Shown: piece by piece, positions 1 through 6,800 of the stretch | Position numbering within the stretch: the first letter of the stretch is position 1 | Layout of the letters: each line of letters begins with the position of its first letter | DNA from: Candidatus Altiarchaeota archaeon | GTDB lineage: Archaea > Altiarchaeota > Altiarchaeia > IMC4 > SCGC-AAA252-I15 | Assembly (NCBI GenBank): GCA_043804895.1 | Contig: JAZDIN010000051.1 | Span: forward strand, 1 to 14,005 | DNA: 14,005 nucleotides | Direction of reading: 5' to 3' | Notes under the pieces: model-generated | What the model saw: the letters and a program-made list of their open reading frames with translations, nothing else | Told to the model about the DNA's origin: nothing | The model's database searches: none | Made by a program: the position numbers and the translations under genes

Positions 1-241
1 TGGCTGGTAGGGTGAAGGTTTTACCCTGGTCTACGGTTAGCCAGTCTTTCAAGTCTCCGCTGAACTCCACAGTACATGATAAATCCTCGTCTCCGCTGGT
101 GCTTACGGTGATAGTTTCCTCAGCGTAACCGCCCCGAACCAACTTACCGAAATCGATAGTGCTGGGACCAGCACCAATACTAACAGCACAGACTGTTCCA
201 GAGAGCAGAAGTAATGTGAGAAATATGCCGATGTGTCTCAT
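1..241 (-). CDS. Secreted DUF916/WxLIP-like (PapD-like Ig fold) protein, 3'-truncated by window edge; paralog of 280..1473
   Basis: Not in the ORF track; translated by hand from the ATG at 241: MRHIGIFLTLLLLSGTVCAVSIGAGPSTIDFGKLVRGGYAEETITVSTSGDEDLSCTVEFSGDLKDWLTVDQGKTFTLPA, open to base 1. It has a signal peptide and aligns with the 397 aa ORF (G.xP.T, RGG, L.CT, SGD..DW, TF.L). The CDS is well supported; the family name is inference. Confidence 0.9.
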   Translation of the reverse strand, partial: MRHIGIFLTLLLLSGTVCAVSIGAGPSTIDFGKLVRGGYAEETITVSTSGDEDLSCTVEFSGDLKDWLTVDQGKTFTLPA

Positions 242-266
242 CTCATTTTAAGTATCTATCGGACTC

Positions 267-277
267 CTTAAATACGG
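267..277 (-). promoter_or_regulatory. Putative archaeal TATA box (CCGTATTTAAG) for the gene starting at 241
   Basis: TTTAA begins 31 nt upstream of the ATG in a 38 nt intergenic gap. A near-identical element with similar spacing precedes ATG 3361. Confidence 0.5.
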
Positions 278-279
278 TA

Positions 280-1473
280 CTAATCCTGTGGCCGATATTT
301 CCTGTAGTAGATGACAATCCACGCTACTATCAGGAGTATCGCAGGGGCGGCTATGGTGTAGAAGTTTATGTCGAAGTTGAATAGTGGCGTAGTGTAGTTC
401 CAGACTCTTATGGTAGTCTCTCGCACTGCGGTCCTCACACCCGCATATTCTGCCCACAGGCGGACCTTGTATTCTCCGGTTTCCGTTGGCTTATACGTGA
501 GGCTCGTGCTTTTGGTCGCGCCTTTCTCGAGGTATTCGTTCTTAGTCTCCTGGATGTGCGTGCTCTTCCCGTCTTTTATGAATTCTACCCTGAGTTTAGC
601 GTCTATTGGCATGTCTCCGGTGTTCGTGAGCTTCGCGTAGACTGTGACAGTCTCCCCTAACGTCATGTTGGTGGCTGATACTGAGGCGTCCTCGAGGACG
701 CCCTCGACTTTGACTGCATCGTCTTTGGCATCCAATGACACTATGTAGAATGATTCCATAGTGTTCCAGTATTCCCTCTCGTCCATCTCCACCCTCATCT
801 CCATGAGGTAGAGTCCGGGGGCCATGCCTGTGGAGCGGAGGTTGGTTGTGAACGTCTTCTTCGACTGGGGGTCAACGGATTCCGAGTTTATCACGCTCGC
901 GGAGTATGTGGTCTCCTTGTCGCGGCTTAGGGCTCTGAAGGAGACGGTCGGCTTCGCAGCGGTTGCAGCGTTGTTTTTCAGCGTTAACTCGGATTTTATC
1001 GGCTGCCCCTCCTTCGCACTAGCTACGGTAGTCTTGAGCACCCTCAGCCAGGAGCCTTCGGTGCCGAGGACCTCTACTGAAACTTTAACAGATAAACTTG
1101 TTTCCAGGCTCATGCCAGTGTAGCCTGCGGCCATGGATTTCGGCTTGGTGGTAAGTTGTATTCTCCCAGTGTATACTCCATTTGGCGTTGAATCCGGGAT
1201 GCTGACGTAGACTGGGATGTCATGTTGGCCATCAAGGACGAATGTATTGTCTTCGAACCTTATCCAATCCGCTATGTCGCCTGATTTTGAGAGCGTGCAT
1301 AGTAGGTTCCTGTCGGCCGTGCTGGCTGTCAGGTGGGTCCGGTACTCTCCGCCGCGCGTGGTGTTCTTAACTTCCAATGTGGCTGGGCTGACGCCAAGGG
1401 TTATGGCTTGCGCATTGGACGCTAGGAGGATAATCGTCGCCGTCAATAATATTCGTACGGGTTGTCTTTTCAT
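280..1473 (-). CDS. Type I membrane-anchored surface protein: signal peptide, DUF916/WxLIP-like domain, Ig-like domain, CARDB-like domain, C-terminal TM helix and basic tail
   Basis: 397 aa. Signal peptide ends AQA, followed by LGVSPATLEV and V.VSIPDSTPNGVYTGRIQL (DUF916-like). GETVTVYAKLTNTG...LTYKPTETGEYKV is CARDB-like. The C-terminus IAAPAILLIVAWIVIYY-RKYR is a TM helix plus basic tail. Starts 4 nt after the upstream stop. Confidence 0.88.
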   Translation of the reverse strand: MKRQPVRILLTATIILLASNAQAITLGVSPATLEVKNTTRGGEYRTHLTASTADRNLLCTLSKSGDIADWIRFEDNTFVLDGQHDIPVYVSIPDSTPNGVYTGRIQLTTKPKSMAAGYTGMSLETSLSVKVSVEVLGTEGSWLRVLKTTVASAKEGQPIKSELTLKNNAATAAKPTVSFRALSRDKETTYSASVINSESVDPQSKKTFTTNLRSTGMAPGLYLMEMRVEMDEREYWNTMESFYIVSLDAKDDAVKVEGVLEDASVSATNMTLGETVTVYAKLTNTGDMPIDAKLRVEFIKDGKSTHIQETKNEYLEKGATKSTSLTYKPTETGEYKVRLWAEYAGVRTAVRETTIRVWNYTTPLFNFDINFYTIAAPAILLIVAWIVIYYRKYRPQD

Positions 1474-1477
1474 AAGT

Positions 1478-3361
1478 CTACTCCTCTTCTGCCATCAGTG
1501 ACAGTGTACCGTTGCAGGTCCCGCCTACTCCGGACACCGGAATTTTAATCCTCCAGTATATTGGCTTTTCGCTCGAAGTACCGTCTAACGTCTTCCCAAG
1601 GTCGAAGTATTCCTTGAGGATGTCGTCGGTTTCGTCCTGGTCGTAGGTGAGTGCGAACATGCTATCATAGACTGTTAGTGTAGTATTGTGGTATTTGACT
1701 TGGCCGACGCCTATGGGGTCCCCGATTGTGCACGGGAGGTCGGTTCCGTTCGTTAACATGTCTTGGACGACGTTGCCGATGTTCTGTACTGTGATATTGT
1801 CCTCCCTGCTAGTCTCACCAAAGGTAAAGGTAGAGCCCCCCTCATCGGTTTTGAATATGAGACTGGGGTTTGTTATGTTGATGGCCAGGAGCGAGTTGAC
1901 TGTGAGGGGGTATGTGACGTTGTGGCCCCATAGGTCCTCGTCCCAGGCACTCATGTTTATCGCCCATTCATCTGAAGCGTTCGCGTAGTATGCGAGGTTG
2001 AATGAGCATTCTGCGTTCCCTGAGGGACAGCTGAAGGAGCAGCTGTCGTTGATGTAGACTGAGTTGTCATTAGGTCCTGAATCATGGGTTGCGGAATGGT
2101 TGTCCCACAGGACTGCCTTTACCAGGTTTATGTCAAGGCATCCGTCGTCATCAGACACTGTAGCGTTGTATGTGACGTTCTTCCAGCTGCCTGGATTCAG
2201 GACTATTCCAGTGTCGCCGTATATCGTGTGAACCACTGGAGGCTTGTTCAGTGTCGTGGATGTTGAGGTAGTAGTCGTAACACCGGTTGAGACGTTCAAT
2301 GTGACGTTGTTGCTGACTGTCCAGCCTCCGCGGCCGTCTGAGCCTGTGAAGACCGCGTATTCTATGCCGTACCAGTTGTTTATGGGTTGTATGTCTACTG
2401 TGTGGTCTGTGTCGTCTATGGTTAGGAGGACGTTTGGGTGGTCTGGGGAGGTTTGGAAGGTGAGAGTGTCAGCGTCAAGGTCCCAGAAGTAGTCGTCCAG
2501 GTCGAATGCGTCTGACAGGGTCTGGTTGCTGTACATGTGCTGTTGTCGTATCGTGTAGTTTATCTCAAGCTTCGGCGTTAGTGAGCTGTCTGTGGCGTTG
2601 CTGCTGTAGTACTGCCGGAGCGTATTGTCCTGCCCCTCCTCCCCTATAATTATGACTCCCTTGTTGTTGTCTATGCTCCCGACCCAGTTGGATGTTAGGT
2701 CTATGACGTTCCACGTCACCCAGCCTGCGAGCTCCACTGCGCGGTATGATGTTAGGGTGGGATCAGTTTTGAAAACCGCTACCCCCCCCTCATAGCTGAG
2801 TACCGTGCAGTCGTCGCAGTCCACGTCGTCTTTAAGTATCTTCACGCTCTGGAAGCTGAGGTTCCTGAGAGTCATCTTCCCTGTCTTGTTGACTGCAGTC
2901 ATCGTCGTAACGTTCAATTCGATATAGTTGAATGTGAGGTTCACGTCCCTGTCGAGGTTCAGGTTCGCAGTGTTCGTGAAGTCGACTGTAGGCTCGAAGA
3001 TGACGGTTGCGTTGACTGCGCTGAGGTTGAGGGTGAGCGCAGCCCAAGCGACTTCGCCTTTGATGCGGCTGTAGTTGAATATCCCGTAGGAGTCGACTAT
3101 CGTCGGCGGCTTGTTCACGAGCATCAAATCAAGCCTCCCATCCCCCTCATCAGAGACGTGAGGGTACATTCCGGCCCGCACGTTGTATGTGAGGGCTAGG
3201 CCGTCGGATTCCACTAGCGTGTTCCTGCGGACTCCTGAGTCGATGGCGTACTGTATGCTGTTGTTCACAGGCTCATTGAGCTCGGTGGAGGACGTCTGTT
3301 GTATGTTGAGCGCAAGGATGAATAATGCTGCCGCGGCAACCAGCCTAGAAACTCTTCCCAT
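1478..3361 (-). CDS. Secreted multi-domain surface glycoprotein (~627 aa): DNRLRE-like C-half, cadherin-like Ig, Thr linker, Ig-like domain, WxL/pilin-like C-terminal domain
   Basis: Start moved from 3469 to ATG 3361 (MGRVSRLVAAAALFILAL, a signal peptide), which removes the overlap with the upstream gene. Motifs: GWVTWNVIDL..W...NNKGVII...YYSSNA....PKLEINY; FDLDDYFWDLDADTLTF; TTTTSTSTT; C-terminal YWRIKIP..G.GGTCNGTLSLMA. Many N-x-S/T sequons and no C-terminal TM. Confidence 0.88.
   Translation of the reverse strand: MGRVSRLVAAAALFILALNIQQTSSTELNEPVNNSIQYAIDSGVRRNTLVESDGLALTYNVRAGMYPHVSDEGDGRLDLMLVNKPPTIVDSYGIFNYSRIKGEVAWAALTLNLSAVNATVIFEPTVDFTNTANLNLDRDVNLTFNYIELNVTTMTAVNKTGKMTLRNLSFQSVKILKDDVDCDDCTVLSYEGGVAVFKTDPTLTSYRAVELAGWVTWNVIDLTSNWVGSIDNNKGVIIIGEEGQDNTLRQYYSSNATDSSLTPKLEINYTIRQQHMYSNQTLSDAFDLDDYFWDLDADTLTFQTSPDHPNVLLTIDDTDHTVDIQPINNWYGIEYAVFTGSDGRGGWTVSNNVTLNVSTGVTTTTSTSTTLNKPPVVHTIYGDTGIVLNPGSWKNVTYNATVSDDDGCLDINLVKAVLWDNHSATHDSGPNDNSVYINDSCSFSCPSGNAECSFNLAYYANASDEWAINMSAWDEDLWGHNVTYPLTVNSLLAINITNPSLIFKTDEGGSTFTFGETSREDNITVQNIGNVVQDMLTNGTDLPCTIGDPIGVGQVKYHNTTLTVYDSMFALTYDQDETDDILKEYFDLGKTLDGTSSEKPIYWRIKIPVSGVGGTCNGTLSLMAEEE
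1481..1890 (-). other. WxL-like / pilin-like C-terminal beta-sandwich domain
   Basis: LAINI...LIF, ITVQNIGNV..D and a terminal YW.I.IP...G...GTL.L.A strand pair resemble WxL/CS1-pilin-like domain ends. It lacks a literal terminal WxL motif; adjacency to DUF916-like genes supports the call. Confidence 0.45.
2555..2764 (-). other. C-terminal half of a DNRLRE (CBM96-like) domain
   Basis: DPTLTSYRAVELAGWVTWNVIDLTSNWVGSIDNNKGVIIIGEEGQDNTLRQYYSSNATDSSLTPKLEINY matches the recalled GW..WDVT.LV..W....N.G......F.SSE......P.L.V.Y pattern. Confidence 0.75.
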
Positions 3362-3385
3362 AGGTAATAAAATGGGCTTTATTGA

Positions 3386-3397
3386 ATTAAATATCGG
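3386..3397 (-). promoter_or_regulatory. Putative archaeal BRE/TATA (CCGATATTTAAT) for the gene starting at 3361
   Basis: TTTAA begins 30 nt upstream of ATG 3361 in a 38 nt AT-rich intergenic gap. Confidence 0.5.
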
Positions 3398-3399
3398 CG

Positions 3400-3804
3400 C
3401 TATGGGGCTGGTATTACGTAGCTTGCGTTTCTGACTAGGACTTCCTGCATGCACGTGTACTCTGCGCACTGCTTTATGGCAGTCACGTTCAGCGAATTCA
3501 ACGGGTAGACCATATTACCTTGCGAGGTCTGAACACTGCAAACGGCCTGGCCGTCTTTCATAGCGCAGTATTTGTTAACCCACTCCTGGGGGGCGTAGTA
3601 TCTGTTGCAGACGAGGCCGTTGCACGCCCAGTACGTCTTATCCAGTCGCTCATCAGCTAACACTGGTTTATCGTATGTGACCTTCAAGTCCTTCGGAACC
3701 GTGCACTGCACCGACTGTTTCGCAGTGTTCACAGACACCAACAATGCTGCAAGAACGACAACAACTGTGACCAAGGCCACGATGGCGATGTTCTGGACTT
3801 CCAT
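3400..3804 (-). CDS. Small Cys-rich membrane-anchored or secreted hypothetical protein (~134 aa)
   Basis: ATG 3804 is preferred over the track's 3810. N-terminal hydrophobic helix IAIVALVTVVVVLAALLVSV, 7 Cys, sequons NVT and NAS. Fits cleanly between the neighbouring genes. Confidence 0.8.
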   Translation of the reverse strand: MEVQNIAIVALVTVVVVLAALLVSVNTAKQSVQCTVPKDLKVTYDKPVLADERLDKTYWACNGLVCNRYYAPQEWVNKYCAMKDGQAVCSVQTSQGNMVYPLNSLNVTAIKQCAEYTCMQEVLVRNASYVIPAP

Positions 3805-3824
3805 AACCAACCATTACGTATCCT

Positions 3825-3833
3825 AATATATAA
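3825..3833 (-). promoter_or_regulatory. Putative archaeal TATA box (TTATATATT) for the gene starting at 3804
   Basis: TTATATA begins 29 nt upstream of ATG 3804 and 6 nt after the TGA of the giant gene. Confidence 0.55.
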
Positions 3834-3839
3834 GTAAGC

Positions 3840-6800
3840 TCAGACGTAGTCTCCGCCTTCAATGTCCCATTGCACATCAGTTTGCCTATCCTCCCATGTT
3901 GTCTGGCTTTCATCCCAGGTGTTGGTCAGGTTGTAGGCTGTGTCCTTTATGCTGTATGAGCTGTTGTAGAGGTAGAGGCTGAGTATCGTCTGGTTGAGTG
4001 TCGCATTCGCTGGAATCTGTGTGGTGTTGAACCACAGTAGGCTGCGGAAAGAGTATGTGAGTTTACCTACTTTCAGCGTCCTGTCAACACAGTAAATGCA
4101 TGGTGGCAATTCACCCACCTCATCGTCTATGATGTAGCTGTCGTTCGCGCTCTCCTCCACAGGTTGGATGTTCCGGTAACCGAATACGGGGTTTGCGTTT
4201 CCAGGGGCCTCCCCGACCGTGAACATCCATTTTGTCGTGTTAGTGTAGAATCCTCCGTCTGTGGCGTTCACATACCACCAGTAGCTTCCGTTTTTGAGCC
4301 GGTAGAGGTCGAGTATCTCATCAGCTGAGAGGCTCCGATTCCAGACGGCGACCTCGTCGATGGAGCCGTTGAATTCGAAGGTTGAGATGTCTGGGCATCC
4401 GAAACATAATCTTCCTATCCCGATATTGTCTGTTGAATCGGCGAGGAGTCCCGTCCCGGTTGTGTCTGAGCCGCATTCTGCACCATTATGGTATAACCGC
4501 AGGATGATGCTGTCCCATGTCATCGCCACAAACTGCCACTCATTGAGGGATATTATGCTGGTGCAGGGAGCATACGTTCCAGTCCCATTTGATAGACCAT
4601 TTCCATGGATTACATGCCCTTCCAGCGCGTTATTTGTCGTGTTCCAGTATAGGCTGAACTGTCCTTCGATTTTTCTGTCCACGATCCTCGGGAAACTTGT
4701 TGAGGGTATGTATGGTTTAATCCAAGCTGAGACTGTCATGTTTTTTCTTTTGAGCACGTCCCCTGGGTTTGGTATGTGGATGTAGCTGTCTGTGCCGTTT
4801 AAGCTGAAAGCCATCCCGTATTTTCCGGTCTCGTTCGGTAGCGCGCCGGCCATGGCCGTGCCGTTGTACCCGTATCCTGAGTGGTCGTAGACCCATGTGT
4901 CGTTTTCCCCGTATTTGCTGTCGTTGTCGAGGTGGTAGAGCATTATCATGTCAGAGTCGTAGGTTGATGAGGCTGGTAGGGCTGTGATGTTGTAGTTGAC
5001 CCAGGTGTCGTTGTAGACTGTCTGGTTGTAGTAGACGAGTCTTGTCACGTCCGAGGAACTGTTGCCTGCGTATATCCATACCCCTAAGGTGTCGTTGTTC
5101 AAGTCTGCGACTGTGGCGTTGAGGATTCTGAACGTCTCAGGTGCTATGGACATGTGCAGTGGCGTCTGGAGTGTGACGTTCGGCGCTGTTGGCGCGCCGC
5201 CTCCGCCCCATTGTATGACGACGCCGGCTCCTATGGTGAACGTCCTCTGCAGGCTTCCTGTGCTCGTTTTCCCGTCTGACACGTTAACATTCCAATGGTA
5301 TATTCCGTCTGTGAGGTTTGTCCAGTCGTAGGTGACTTTGATGAGTGCTGGTGGTAGGCCGCGGGCGGTCTTCGCTAGGGCGTATGAGTCAGTCTCCTGG
5401 CTGTCGTGTTGTATGGCCCTCAGCCTTAGTGTGTATCTTCCGTCTTCAGGTAGTTCGGAGACGTTCCACGTGTATAGTACGCTGTCGGCTACTTCGCTGT
5501 ATCCTGTGTAGAGGAGGGTGAACTCACCATCTGCGCCGTATCCGTCCGCAACTGACAGCTCATACCTTGAGAAGTCAGTCCCCCTAGCAGTCCCAAGAAA
5601 CTGTATCAGGCCGCCTGTTGTGCCATTCATTGTATAGATCTCCGCTATGGGCGGGAGGGTGGTGGAGTTGAATATCCCCCTCAGGTTGACGCGGCCTTGT
5701 CCTTGTGTTAGTATGTCGTAGCCTAGGTCTGTTGCAGTCGATTTTAGGAGTGATTTAACCTCAGTCTGGTCGAGGTCACCCCAATTTTGGAGTAGAAGTG
5801 CTGCTGCTCCTGCGACGTGCGGTGCTGCCACGCTCGTTCCGGAGCGTGTGATGTGGCTTCCGTCAAGGCATAAGCTTCCCGGGAGGATGCTGTCCCACCT
5901 GGCTGAGCAGATGTTGACTCCAGGGGCTGTTATGTCAGGCTTCAAGAGCACTCCCGTGCCCCACTCCACGGGGCCTTTTGAGTTGAAGTCCGCGATTCTG
6001 TCATTCTTGTCTGATGCTGCGACTGTGATGGCCTTCCTTGCCGTTGCCGGGGATGTGATTGTACCAGTTCCTCCGCCGTTTCCTGCAGCAACGACGATGA
6101 CTATCCCGTTGTCTGCTGCGTTGTCGACTGATGTGGATAGGGGGTCGTCTGGGCCGCAGTACTGGCTGTATGTTCCGCAGCTTGTGCCTAGGGCAAGGAG
6201 GATTATGTCAGCATGGTCTGAGTAGTCTCCGTCACCGTTCGGGTCTGAGGCCTTCTCTATGGCTGCGAGGACGTCAGAGTATGAGCCGCTCCCGTCAGAC
6301 TTAAGGGCTTTGTATGCTAGGATGGTTGCGCCGGGAGCCACTCCCTTTAAGGCGCCGTCGCCTGCTGCTACTCCCGCCGTGTGTGTTCCGTGGCCGTTGT
6401 CGTCCATGGGGTCGCTGTCGTTGTTGACGAAGTCCCATCCTCCTGCGACTTTACATCCTGGGCCTAGGCATCCGCCAAGATCTGGGTGAGTGTAGTCGAC
6501 TCCAGTGTCTATCACCGCTATTGTGACGTTGCTGCCTGTTATTTCGTTATCCTCCGGGTCCCACAACTGCCATACGGTGTCGGCTCCAATCAACGGCACG
6601 GAGTCCATGAGCGTAGCATCCACCTTGTAGTTCGGGTATACGCTCTTCACCTGAGGCATATTCCTCAACTCCTCAGCCTCCTCTCTTGTTAGGTTCAAAG
6701 TCATCCCATTGAATAGACTGATGAATCTCTGTTTTATCCTCCTCCCATCCTTCAATGTTGGGATATTATCCTGGATGGCCCGGAGTGCGGTCTTTTGTTC

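Noticed and set aside
283-400. Archaeosortase (PGF/PEF-CTERM) or LPxTG sorting signal
   Set aside because: A TM helix and basic tail are present but no PGF, PEF or LPxTG motif precedes them.
3362-3469. N-terminal extension of the 663 aa ORF (MRRVHVHAG...)
   Set aside because: It overlaps the upstream gene; ATG 3361 gives a proper signal peptide and TATA spacing.
2729-3843. Intron or cleanly excisable element rejoining the split DNRLRE halves via microhomologies (CTGA or GAGCT at both ends)
   Set aside because: Joining at either microhomology keeps the TGA in frame. Matches of 4-5 nt are expected by chance, and I saw no terminal repeats, recombinase or obvious splice structure.
3668-3913. 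Stop readthrough or frameshift extending the giant ORF (81 aa overlapping ORF)
   Set aside because: Neither the readthrough frame nor the 81 aa ORF resembles the missing DNRLRE half, and the region is explained by a TATA box and the 134 aa gene.
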